From: an uncultured Ardenticatenaceae bacterium | GTDB taxonomy: Bacteria > Chloroflexota > Anaerolineae > Promineifilales > Promineifilaceae | Direction of reading: 5' to 3' | Assembly (NCBI GenBank): GCA_964398825.1 | Contig: CAYNOL010000003.1 | Coordinates: 1 to 58,350 of the forward strand | DNA length: 58,350 nucleotides | Notes under the pieces: model-generated | What the model saw: the letters and a program-made list of their open reading frames with translations, nothing else | Database searches by the model: none | Told to the model about the DNA's origin: nothing | Position numbers and translations under genes: made by a program | In this document: positions 38,339 through 47,445 of the stretch, piece by piece | How positions within the stretch are numbered: position 1 is the first letter of the stretch | Layout of the letters: each line of letters starts with the position of its first letter

Positions 38339-40318
38339 ATGATGAATCATGCCACACAATTACTGGGCACGGAAGCCCGCAAACCGGCAAGTGCGCGGGT
38401 GACGTTGGGACGGCTATGGCGCTACTTTCGCCACTACAGCTGGATGCTACTGCTCGTCGCCGTGCTCATCATCGCCAGCACCTACGCCCAGGTGCTGATC
38501 CCCAATCTGACCGGTCAGGCGGTGGACTGCTACCTCGGCCCGTTCTCGGCCGGGGCGGCCGCGGGGTCGGAACTGGAAGCATTCGCGGGCATCGCTGATG
38601 CTGCCGAGGGCGGCGCATTCAGCAACTGTTGGTACACCACGCCGGATCTGAGCGCCTCGATCGGCGAGACGCTGGCCGGTCTCGGCCGCCTCATCCTGCT
38701 CATCGTCGCCCTCTACATCGGCAGCGCGATCTTCAGCGGCCTGATGTTCTACCTGATGAGCGTAGCCGGCTATCGCGTGCTGCGCGACTTGCAGGCGGAC
38801 GTGTTCACCCACCTGCACCGCCTCTCACTGGGCTACTTCACCAAACACGAGGCGGGGGATGTGATGAGCCGCTTCACCAACGACGTCGATACCCTGCAGC
38901 AGGTCATCGGCTTCGGCCTCGTGTCCGTCTTCCAGGGGATTTTGCTCATCGTGTTGGTGATTGTGGTGATGTTCCAGCTGAACGCACCGTTTGCGCTCAT
39001 CAGCCTTATCACCTTGCCGCTGATGGTCATCGCCACGCGCTGGTTCTCCAGCCAGGCGCGAAAGGCGTTCCGCAGGGCGCGCCAGCAGATCGGCAACGTC
39101 AATGCCGACTTGCAGGAGAGCATCTCGGCCGTGCGTGAGGTGCAGGCGTTCAGCCGCGAGGAAGAGAACATCGAGCAGTTCCGCGTCAGCAACGCCGCCA
39201 ACCGGGACGCCAACATCCGCGCCCAGGCGTACACAGGCGCGCTCGGCCCCGTGCTGGAAGGGTTGAGCTACGTCAGTTTGGCCGTCGTCGCCGGTGTGGG
39301 CGGCCTGATGATGCTCAATCAGCAGGGGTTGCTGGGCACCAGCATCTCCGTCGGCCTCATCATCACCTTCATCGGCTACACCCAGCAGTTCAACCGGCCC
39401 GTGCAGCAGATCTCCGTGCTGTGGGCCAACATCCAAAGCGCGCTGGCCGGCGCGGAGCGAATCTTCGGCTTGCTCGACGAGCCGGTGGAGATCGTCGACC
39501 GGGCAGGCGCGGGCGAGATGCCGGAGATCACCGGCCACGTCATCTACGACGATGTCCATGCCGAGTACAATCCGGGCGAGCCGGTGTTGCGCGGCATCGA
39601 CATCGAAGCCCGGCCGGGCGAGACGATCGCCATCGTCGGCCCCACGGGCGCGGGCAAGACGACGATCATCAATCTGCTGCCCCGCTTCTGGGACGTTTCG
39701 GCCGGGCGCATCACCATCGACGGCATCGACGTGCGCGATGTGACGCAGGAGAGCCTGCGCCGCCAGATCGGCATCGTGTTGCAGGACTCATTCCTGTTCA
39801 GCGACACGGTGATGAACAACATCCGCTACGGCCGCCCCGACGCCGGCGATGAAGAGGTCATGGCCGCGGCGCGGCTGGCCCACGCCGATGAGTTCATCCA
39901 GCGGCTGCCGGACGGCTACCGGACGGTGCTGGGCGAACGCGGCGGCGGCCTCAGCCAGGGGCAGCGGCAGCTGCTCTCAATCGCCCGCGTGGCCCTCATC
40001 GATCCGCGCATCCTCATCCTCGATGAGGCGACGAGCAGCGTAGACACCCGCACCGAGCGGGAAATTCAGACCGCGCTGGAAGAGCTGCTGCGTGGCCGCA
40101 CCAGCTTCGTCATCGCCCACCGGCTGAGCACCATCCGCCACGCCGATCAGGTGCTGGTGGTCAAGGACGGCCGCATCATCGAGCGCGGTACCCACGACAG
40201 CCTGCTGGCCGCCAATGGCTTCTACCACGATCTATACATGAGCCAGTTCCGGCGAAAGGGCGCGGCCGAGGAAAGCGAAGAAGCGGGGGAGCTGGAGTTT
40301 TTTACGCCTGGGGATTAA
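38339..40318 (+). CDS. Heterodimeric ABC exporter, consensus-site subunit
   Basis: GPTGAGKT, LSQGQ, LDEATS, IAHR. Confidence 0.93.
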   Translation: MMNHATQLLGTEARKPASARVTLGRLWRYFRHYSWMLLLVAVLIIASTYAQVLIPNLTGQAVDCYLGPFSAGAAAGSELEAFAGIADAAEGGAFSNCWYTTPDLSASIGETLAGLGRLILLIVALYIGSAIFSGLMFYLMSVAGYRVLRDLQADVFTHLHRLSLGYFTKHEAGDVMSRFTNDVDTLQQVIGFGLVSVFQGILLIVLVIVVMFQLNAPFALISLITLPLMVIATRWFSSQARKAFRRARQQIGNVNADLQESISAVREVQAFSREEENIEQFRVSNAANRDANIRAQAYTGALGPVLEGLSYVSLAVVAGVGGLMMLNQQGLLGTSISVGLIITFIGYTQQFNRPVQQISVLWANIQSALAGAERIFGLLDEPVEIVDRAGAGEMPEITGHVIYDDVHAEYNPGEPVLRGIDIEARPGETIAIVGPTGAGKTTIINLLPRFWDVSAGRITIDGIDVRDVTQESLRRQIGIVLQDSFLFSDTVMNNIRYGRPDAGDEEVMAAARLAHADEFIQRLPDGYRTVLGERGGGLSQGQRQLLSIARVALIDPRILILDEATSSVDTRTEREIQTALEELLRGRTSFVIAHRLSTIRHADQVLVVKDGRIIERGTHDSLLAANGFYHDLYMSQFRRKGAAEESEEAGELEFFTPGD

Positions 40319-40320
40319 AA

Positions 40321-40417
40321 AATTAAACACGGATAGGACTCGGACATAACGGATTTCACGGAAATAAAGAAATAACCCGTCTCATCCGTTTCATCCGTGT
40401 CCCTTCCGTGTTAAATT
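40321..40417. repeat. ACGGAT-type palindromic repeat, subtype A
   Basis: AATTAAACACGGAT...ATCCGTGTCCCTTCCGTGTTAAATT, with nearly the same ends as 1953-2055. Confidence 0.9.
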
Positions 40418-40431
40418 CTTTTTCCGTCGGT

Positions 40432-41379
40432 TTAAAGGTGTTGCTTGAAGAAGGCGACGGCGATTTGGGGGTTATCGATGAGGTATTGGTACCCCTCATA
40501 GCGGTGGGCGCCGTCGACGAGCAGCGGCCCTTCGCCGGCGGGTGTGGCGGAGCGGAGCATCATCACGTCGTCGAGCGAGCCCCAGGCGTCGTCGCGGCAC
40601 TGGACGAAGAGCACCGGCGTCTCCCCCGCCCCGGCAGCAGCGAAGGCAGGTTTCAGGCCGCTGAGGTGGACGCCGCCGATCGATGAGTAGATGGAGTCGA
40701 GCAACGGCGGCAGCACACGGCCGGGTGTTCCCAACAGGTCATGGGTGAAGCCGTCAATATAGGCCGAGGCCGTCGACGGCTGGACGGCGATGGCGGCAGC
40801 GATGCCGTCCGTCTGCGGCAGCGCATAGAGCACGGCGTTGGCCCCCATGGAGAAGCCGATGACGCCGATCTTGTCCGCGTCCACATCGGCCCGCCCGCGC
40901 AGATAGGCCAGCGCTCCCAGCAGGTCGCTCGACTCCGATTGGCCGAAGGTGACCGGCGGGTGGGCAGCGCTCTCGCCGTGGTTGCGCTGGTCGTACATCA
41001 GCACATGGTACCCCTCGTGGTGCAGCGCGTGGGCCAACCTTAGCAACTCCACCGGCGTCGTACCGGAGAAGTCGGCCAGCAGATCGGCCGCGCTATCCCC
41101 CAGCCGGTTCCACGTCCAGTCGTGGACGAGGACGATGGTGGCCCCGTCGCGCCGATCCGTCTCGGCCGCGGGGACGAACCAACCCGACAGGCGGACGCTG
41201 TCCTGGGCCGGGAAGTTGACGTTCTCATAGGCCAGCCCCATCTCGGCCGGGGTTGTCCAGAGCGATTGGCGGGCCGGCGAGACCATGCGGCGAGTGAAGT
41301 ACGCCACGATGACCGCCGCCACACCCACCACAAAGCCGGCCAATGTGCCCACTAATTTCATCACACGTCTGAATGTCAT
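40432..41379 (-). CDS. Membrane-anchored alpha/beta hydrolase
   Basis: N-terminal TM, LSGWF, YDQRNHGES, GFSMGA. Confidence 0.85.
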   Translation of the reverse strand: MTFRRVMKLVGTLAGFVVGVAAVIVAYFTRRMVSPARQSLWTTPAEMGLAYENVNFPAQDSVRLSGWFVPAAETDRRDGATIVLVHDWTWNRLGDSAADLLADFSGTTPVELLRLAHALHHEGYHVLMYDQRNHGESAAHPPVTFGQSESSDLLGALAYLRGRADVDADKIGVIGFSMGANAVLYALPQTDGIAAAIAVQPSTASAYIDGFTHDLLGTPGRVLPPLLDSIYSSIGGVHLSGLKPAFAAAGAGETPVLFVQCRDDAWGSLDDVMMLRSATPAGEGPLLVDGAHRYEGYQYLIDNPQIAVAFFKQHL

Positions 41380-41412
41380 GACAGTTGTTTCCCTCACTTG
41401 TGTCGCCGGCGG

Positions 41413-42324
41413 CTACGCATTCACATCAACGCCCGCGAAGAGATCATACTCCCGGTAGCTGTCGGGCACGGGCGGATAGGCGCGGATGTAGCTTTCCTTG
41501 GCCAAATAACGGCGCTGCAGCCACTCCGGCAACATCCGGTTGCGCGAGGAGCCCCCGCCCTGGCTCGGGTGGGCCGCCCCGGCGGCCGCTTTCACGTCCC
41601 AGTACTGCCGGTAGTCGATCTGGGCATGAAGGCGGCGCGGCTCGATGCCGATCTTCGTCCAGTCGATATCCTTGTTCCGTCCCGCCCGCTTGGGGTCCTG
41701 GCCGCGCAAGCGCATCAGGAAGGTAAAGACCTTCACCATGCGATTGGAGAATCCGGTGAAGTAGAGTCGCTGCGGCCGGTAGGGCGCGGGGCCGATCTCC
41801 TGATACTGCTCGGGATCGCCGGCGGCCTCGAACGCGGCCGTGGTGATCTTCCAGCAGTGGATGTGGTCGGGGTGATAGTAGCCGCCCGTCTCGTCGTGGG
41901 TCACCACGACCTGCGGCCGGATTTGGCGGATGAGGGCCACCACTTTGCCCACCGCTTCGTCGAAGTCGCTATTGATGAACGCCTCAGGGTGCTGGTTGGC
42001 CGGATCGCCGATGTAGCCCGAATCGCGGTAGCCGAGCATGTGGAGCGTGACGCCCAGGATGTTGATCGCCTTCTCCAGCTCCTGCCGCCGCACCTCGGCC
42101 AACTGCTGCAGTGTGTGCTCATAGCCCCCGGCGACGGAACCGGCCACGCCGTCGGTGGCGATGGCCACGTGGACGTCGGCGCCCTCGTCGGCATAGCGGG
42201 CCAGCGTGCCGCCCATGCCGAATGATTCGTCGTCAGGATGGGCCAGCACAGTCAGCAGGCGGCGTTGCCCCCGCCCCGCGTCGGCGCCCTTCTCCATGTC
42301 TCTCGTAGACAAACCATCAATCAT
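41413..42324 (-). CDS. PIG-L family deacetylase (MshB/Mca-like)
   Basis: AHPDDE, ATDG, RDSG, GGYYHPDH, AHPSQ. Confidence 0.9.
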   Translation of the reverse strand: MIDGLSTRDMEKGADAGRGQRRLLTVLAHPDDESFGMGGTLARYADEGADVHVAIATDGVAGSVAGGYEHTLQQLAEVRRQELEKAINILGVTLHMLGYRDSGYIGDPANQHPEAFINSDFDEAVGKVVALIRQIRPQVVVTHDETGGYYHPDHIHCWKITTAAFEAAGDPEQYQEIGPAPYRPQRLYFTGFSNRMVKVFTFLMRLRGQDPKRAGRNKDIDWTKIGIEPRRLHAQIDYRQYWDVKAAAGAAHPSQGGGSSRNRMLPEWLQRRYLAKESYIRAYPPVPDSYREYDLFAGVDVNA

Positions 42325-42740
42325 GATTCACCGTCATTGCCTGATGAAGTCGCCGGCCCGCCCCCCGGAATGGAATGCAAATTCAAGGCCACAGCCATAC
42401 CGACGGCATGGGTGGCCGTGTGCGAGAGGCTGATGGCCCATTGGCCCAATCCCTGCTCCTCCGCCAACTGCGCGGCCGCGCCGTGGAGCGCCAGCACCGG
42501 ACGGCCGCGTTCGTCGCTGATGATTTCGATCTCCTTCCAGCCCACGTCACCGATGCCCGTGCCCAGCGCCTTGCCGACGGCCTCTTTGACCGCGAAACGA
42601 CCGGCCAGACTGTCGGCGCGGCCGGCGCACTGTTCCTGCTCGCGCGGTGTGAAGAAGCGGTCACAGAAGCGCTCGCCATGGCGCGCCATGCCGCGCGTCA
42701 TGCGCTCGATCTCGAGGATGTCGACGCCGACGGCCAGCAT
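42321..42740 (-). CDS. acpS: Holo-[acyl-carrier-protein] synthase
   Basis: GVDILE, AGRFAVKEAVGKALGTG, ISLSH. Confidence 0.95.
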   Translation of the reverse strand: MLAVGVDILEIERMTRGMARHGERFCDRFFTPREQEQCAGRADSLAGRFAVKEAVGKALGTGIGDVGWKEIEIISDERGRPVLALHGAAAQLAEEQGLGQWAISLSHTATHAVGMAVALNLHSIPGGGPATSSGNDGES

Positions 42741-44017
42741 CAGAGCGTCTCCACCGGCCCACTGACGGCGATCGACAGGTCATCGGCGCTGAGATATTTG
42801 CGCGCCGCCGCCTGAATGCGCTCCGGCGTGATGTCGTTGATCATGTCACTGTAGCGATAGAGGTAGTCCAGCCCCAGGTCATACAGCTCCATGTCGGTGA
42901 TAATGTCCACCAGGCCGCTGTTCGTCTCCAGGCTCAACGGCAAGGAGCCGGTGCGGTATGCCTGGCTGTCGGCCAGCTCCTCGGCCGATACCGGTTCGTC
43001 CATGATGCGGCGGATCTCGTGGCGGATCGATTCGATCGCCTGATCAACCTTGTCGGGGGCAACGCCGGCCGTTGCCGTCCATGGGCCGGGGCCGAGGCCG
43101 CCCTCCAGCCGGCTCGAGGCGTAATAGGCCAACCCCTGCTCCTCGCGCACGCTCTGGCCGATGCGCCCCATCATGCCGAAGACGCCCAGAATGGTGTTCA
43201 TCAAGCTGGCGTCCAGATAGTCGGGGGCGGAGCGGCGCGGCCCAGGCAGGCCGAGCACGATGTCGGCCTGGCGCTTTTCGGGCATGGCGTGGTGGCGGCG
43301 GCGCAGGCCCACCGGCCGGGCGACGTCGGACGAGACCTCGGTCATCCGCTGCTCTTGCTTGCCCCAACTGCCGAAGACGTCGTCGAGCTTCTTCAGAATC
43401 ACGTCAGTCGGAATGGCCCCGACGACGCCGATGATCATCCCCTGCGGGCCGTAGTAGGCGTCGTAGAAGTCGACGAGCTCCCGGCGGCCGAGGGTGGGGA
43501 TCGATTCCAGATAGCCGCTGGTGGAGCGGCCGTAGGGGTGGTCGGGATAAACCATCTCCTGGAAGGTGAGCCATGCCATCTGGCGGGTGTTGTTGGCTCT
43601 CATCTGCAGACCGGTCATGATCTGCCCGCGCAACAGCTCGATCTGCTGCTCGGGGAAAGTGGGGCGGCAGAGAGATTCGCTGATGATGTCGAGCACCAGG
43701 TCAACGTCCTCGGTCAGGCTGTGACCGGAGAAGCCGGACGTATGGCGCGCGCCGCCAAACGACACACCGGCCCCCACTGACTCCAACGCCTCGTATATCT
43801 CGTCGAAGGTACGCTTGTGGGTGCCGCGCATCAGCAGGTCGGCGGTGAAGTTGGCCAGCCCGGCGTTTTCGCGCGTCTCGTCGGCCGCCCCGGCGCGCAG
43901 TATGCCTTCAATGGAGACCGTTCCGCTGTTCATGTTCTCGTAGACGAGCACGGTGATGCCGTTATCGAGCACTTCCCGGCGGATTGAGTCGGGGCCGGGG
44001 AAACTAGGCGTTGCCAT
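42740..44017 (-). CDS. M16 family peptidase, non-catalytic subunit
   Basis: LDNGITV, GLANFTADLLMRGT (no HxxEH), REEQGLAY. Confidence 0.88.
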   Translation of the reverse strand: MATPSFPGPDSIRREVLDNGITVLVYENMNSGTVSIEGILRAGAADETRENAGLANFTADLLMRGTHKRTFDEIYEALESVGAGVSFGGARHTSGFSGHSLTEDVDLVLDIISESLCRPTFPEQQIELLRGQIMTGLQMRANNTRQMAWLTFQEMVYPDHPYGRSTSGYLESIPTLGRRELVDFYDAYYGPQGMIIGVVGAIPTDVILKKLDDVFGSWGKQEQRMTEVSSDVARPVGLRRRHHAMPEKRQADIVLGLPGPRRSAPDYLDASLMNTILGVFGMMGRIGQSVREEQGLAYYASSRLEGGLGPGPWTATAGVAPDKVDQAIESIRHEIRRIMDEPVSAEELADSQAYRTGSLPLSLETNSGLVDIITDMELYDLGLDYLYRYSDMINDITPERIQAAARKYLSADDLSIAVSGPVETL

Positions 44018-45920
44018 AAAACTCCTCACTGCGCTTGATGATGACCATGGTCATGTCGTCGAATTGCTCCGTGTCACCGGCGAACTTCCGCACTTCGCGA
44101 GCCAGTGTGACGCAGATCTCATCCGCCCCGGCGTTGGGGGAGTGGGCCAGCAAGCGCCGGACCGTCTCTTCCAACCGGTCTACGCCAAACTCCTCGTACT
44201 TGTGGTTGTGGGCTTCTGAGAGGCCGTCGGTGTAGAGAACGAGAATATCGCCCACGGCCATGTCGATTGTCCTGGCCTGCACGTCGATGGCGGGCAAGAC
44301 GCCCAGCAGCGGGCTGTTGGCCGGCAGGCGATGGAACTCCCCCTCGGCCGCGCGCCAAAGCAGCGGCGGGTTGTGACCCGCGTTGACGTAGGTCAGCTGG
44401 CCGGTGTAGCTGTTCAGCTCGGCGTAGAAAACAGAGAGGAACATGTCTGACTGGCTGTCTTCCTGGATGTAGCGGTTGGCCCACGACAGCACCTCGCCGG
44501 GGGAGCGGCCGCGCAGGGCGATGTTGCGGATCGTCGTCAGACTGAGAGCCATGAACAGCGCCGACGGCACTCCCTTGTCGCTGACGTCGGCGATGACGAC
44601 GCCCCATCGCCCTTCCTCGCCCGGCAACGTCAGGAAATCGTAGAAGTCGCCGCCCACTTGGTGGGCCGCCTCGAAATGGGTGGCGAACTGCCAGCCTTGG
44701 CGCTGCGGCGGGGCGGCCGGCAACATGCTCACCTGAATCTGTCGAGCCACCGCCAGCTCTTCCTCGATGCGCTCCCGCTCCAGCTGGTCTTGCTGCAAGC
44801 GGGCTTTCTCCAGTGCCAGCGCCACCTGGTTGGCCATGAGGCGCAGGAAGCGCACTTCGTCCTCGGTGAAGCGGCGCGGCTCGCGCGAGTCGATGAGCAA
44901 CGTGCCGATCGAGCGGTCTTCGGCCATGAGCGGCACGATGGCCACGGCGCGGAATGCCTCGCGGTCGAGCCACTCCGACGTCCAAAGCGGCGGGTCTTGG
45001 CGCTGCAGATCCTCAATGAGCAATACTTGTTGGGTACGCATCACCTGGCCCGAGCCGGTTGAGTTGTCGGCCGGGGCGCGGTAGGCGTTGCCCACCGGGT
45101 CGCTGTGCCAGCCAGATGCGGCGCGAAAGTAGAGGTGATCGGGATCGGAACCGGGCAGCAGGACGGCACAGGCGTCGGCGTCCAGTTGGGCGCGCACTTC
45201 CTCGACGATGAAGTCCAGCAAGTCGCCGAGGTCGTGCCGGAGCAGTAACTGTTGCGACAGCTCAAGCAGCACCGCCTGTTCGTGGATACGCTGCATCTGC
45301 AGCGAGTCGTAGAGGCGCGCTCGTTCCAGCGCGGTGCCCATCTGATTGCCGACGAGGGAGAGGAAGGCGAGATTGCGTTCGGTGAAGTAGGACCAGCTTG
45401 GGGCGGCGACATTGAGGATTCCCAGGATGCGATCGCCGGAGCGCAGCGGCGTCGAGGCGTGGACAGCCAACTGGTTACGGTCTCCCATGACGCTGGCCAG
45501 ACGACTGCAGCGCACCTCGTTGTATGCCCCGACCATTTGGCCGGCGAGGCAGAGCGCCTGACAGTCACAGCTCTTGTCCCAGGCGTCGGAGCTGTTTTCG
45601 TCCAGCGCGGGGGGCAGGTTGTGATGGGCGGCCAGCCGGAAGCCACGGCCGCCCCAGCGATCCACCGCCAGCGGATCGACGACGAAGATCCACCCCGTTT
45701 CCAAACCCATCAGCCCGACAAGCTGCGCCAGTGATTCATCCAGCGCGGTCTGCACATCGGCCGATTGGTTCAGGGTCAGGGAGATCTCGTTGAGAGTCTG
45801 GAGGTCTTTGACAAGATCAGACTGAGTGGTCATCTCCGGCGATTCTAACACAGACATTTCACCCTTCACACGTTCGGAACCCGCCGGCGAGCCGCCGGGA
45901 CCGATGCCCCTCGTCCTCAT
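44004..45920 (-). CDS. GAF-GAF-SpoIIE (PP2C) phosphatase
   Basis: VGGDFYD, IADVSDKG, NAGH, YTDG, DDMT; start either 45920 (ATGA overlap) or 45857. Confidence 0.92.
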   Translation of the reverse strand: MRTRGIGPGGSPAGSERVKGEMSVLESPEMTTQSDLVKDLQTLNEISLTLNQSADVQTALDESLAQLVGLMGLETGWIFVVDPLAVDRWGGRGFRLAAHHNLPPALDENSSDAWDKSCDCQALCLAGQMVGAYNEVRCSRLASVMGDRNQLAVHASTPLRSGDRILGILNVAAPSWSYFTERNLAFLSLVGNQMGTALERARLYDSLQMQRIHEQAVLLELSQQLLLRHDLGDLLDFIVEEVRAQLDADACAVLLPGSDPDHLYFRAASGWHSDPVGNAYRAPADNSTGSGQVMRTQQVLLIEDLQRQDPPLWTSEWLDREAFRAVAIVPLMAEDRSIGTLLIDSREPRRFTEDEVRFLRLMANQVALALEKARLQQDQLERERIEEELAVARQIQVSMLPAAPPQRQGWQFATHFEAAHQVGGDFYDFLTLPGEEGRWGVVIADVSDKGVPSALFMALSLTTIRNIALRGRSPGEVLSWANRYIQEDSQSDMFLSVFYAELNSYTGQLTYVNAGHNPPLLWRAAEGEFHRLPANSPLLGVLPAIDVQARTIDMAVGDILVLYTDGLSEAHNHKYEEFGVDRLEETVRRLLAHSPNAGADEICVTLAREVRKFAGDTEQFDDMTMVIIKRSEEFYGNA

Positions 45921-47233
45921 CCGGCCGGGGCGTGACCGTTCTCCGGCATGCTGCCGCCGGTGTTCGGTTCATACCAACCGACGACGCGGTTGCGACTGTG
46001 GATGTACTGCCGCCGCACCCGCTCAATGTCGTCGACAGTGACGGAGTTCAGCCGCTCCAGCACCGTCTCGAACCAGCCGAAATCACCGGTGGTGGCCTCG
46101 GCCGCGCCGAGCAGTTGCGCCTGGCCGGAGATGCTTTCGCCGGCCATGATGAACTGCGCCCGCGCCCGCTTCAGCGCCTTGGCCAGCTCGGCCGGGGTGA
46201 TCGGTTCGGCCGCCAGCCGGGCCAGCTCCGCCTCCAACGCCGTCTCGACCTCGGTCAGCGTGCGCCCCGCGCGGACGACGGCGCTGATGGTGTAGAGAAA
46301 CGGGTCGATCGTCGGCGTCAGGCTGCCGTAGGCCCCGGCCGCCAGTTCGGTGCTAACCAGCGCTTTGTAAAGACGCGAGCTGCGGTTGGAGCCGCCGCCG
46401 CCGAACATGCCCAGACTGTTGCCCCCGGCGAAGGCGGCGTTGAGCAACGAGAGGGCGGGATAGTCGGGATGCGCCGCCCCAGGGACTTTGTAGGCAAAGG
46501 TCAGGTAGGCGGTATCGCCGGGGCCGTGGACGACGATACGTCGCTCGCCCAGCTGAGGCGGCTCTTCGCGCAGGACGCGGCCGGTGCTTTCTCCGGCGGG
46601 CAACGCGCCAAACAGCTTGGTGATGCGGGCCAGCATCTGCTCGGTGTCGAAATCGCCGACGACGACGGCGATGGCGTTGGCGGGAGTATAGTGGCGCTGG
46701 TAATGGGCAAACAGCGTGTCACGCGTCATCGTCTGCAGGTCAACGGTGTCGCCGATGACCTCGTGATGGTACGGATGGACGCGAAAGGCGGCGGCCGTCA
46801 GCTCCTCGTCCAGCAGGAAGCGGGGTTGGTTCTCATACATCGCCCGTTCGGAGAGGATGACAGTGCGCTCCGATTCCACTTCGTCCAGCTCCATGATGGT
46901 GTTGACCATGCGGTCTGCTTCCAGTTGCAGAGCCAGATCGATGCGATCCGAGGGCATCGTCTCATAGTAGGCAGTGTAGTCGAGCCAGGTGAAGGCGTTC
47001 CAGTACCCACCCTCGCGGGAGATCATGCGCTCCATGACGTCGCCGGGAAATTGGGGCGTGCCCTTGAACATCATGTGCTCAACCCAATGGGACGCGCCGG
47101 TGTGGCCGGGCAGTTCGTTGCGGCTGCCCACGCGGTACCAGACCATGAAGGTCACGACGGGGGCGTGGTGCATTTCCTTCAGCAACACGGTCATACCGTT
47201 GTCGAGCGTTGCCTTGGTGACGTTCGATGCCAT
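45917..47233 (-). CDS. M16 family zinc peptidase, catalytic subunit
   Basis: VGSRNE...HWVEHMMFKGT inverted zincin motif, NAFT, SRLY. Confidence 0.92.
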   Translation of the reverse strand: MASNVTKATLDNGMTVLLKEMHHAPVVTFMVWYRVGSRNELPGHTGASHWVEHMMFKGTPQFPGDVMERMISREGGYWNAFTWLDYTAYYETMPSDRIDLALQLEADRMVNTIMELDEVESERTVILSERAMYENQPRFLLDEELTAAAFRVHPYHHEVIGDTVDLQTMTRDTLFAHYQRHYTPANAIAVVVGDFDTEQMLARITKLFGALPAGESTGRVLREEPPQLGERRIVVHGPGDTAYLTFAYKVPGAAHPDYPALSLLNAAFAGGNSLGMFGGGGSNRSSRLYKALVSTELAAGAYGSLTPTIDPFLYTISAVVRAGRTLTEVETALEAELARLAAEPITPAELAKALKRARAQFIMAGESISGQAQLLGAAEATTGDFGWFETVLERLNSVTVDDIERVRRQYIHSRNRVVGWYEPNTGGSMPENGHAPAG

Positions 47234-47298
47234 GTGGTTACTCCTGGGTTCCTGGTTCGTGTCGATTGGTGATTATAGCGTTGTTGTGAATTCATGAC

Positions 47299-47371
47299 AG
47301 ACCTGTCAGGTGGGCGGCGCGAGTGAGCTGGTTTATGCGGGGCCGCGAGCTGTCGCTCACCTGACAGCTCT
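47299..47371. repeat. AGACCTG-type REP-like inverted repeat
   Basis: AGACCTGTCAGGTGGGCGGC...GTCGCTCACCTGACAGCTCT. Confidence 0.75.
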
Positions 47372-47445
47372 TCGCAATTCGTTGCGAATCACCGAAACAA
47401 GGGTAATCTGACGACCGATCCCACTATCTATCCGGAGATACACGT

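Noticed and set aside
47371-47388. TTCGCAA-TTCG-TTGCGAA palindrome
   Set aside because: Single occurrence adjoining a REP-like element; I cannot distinguish operator from chance.
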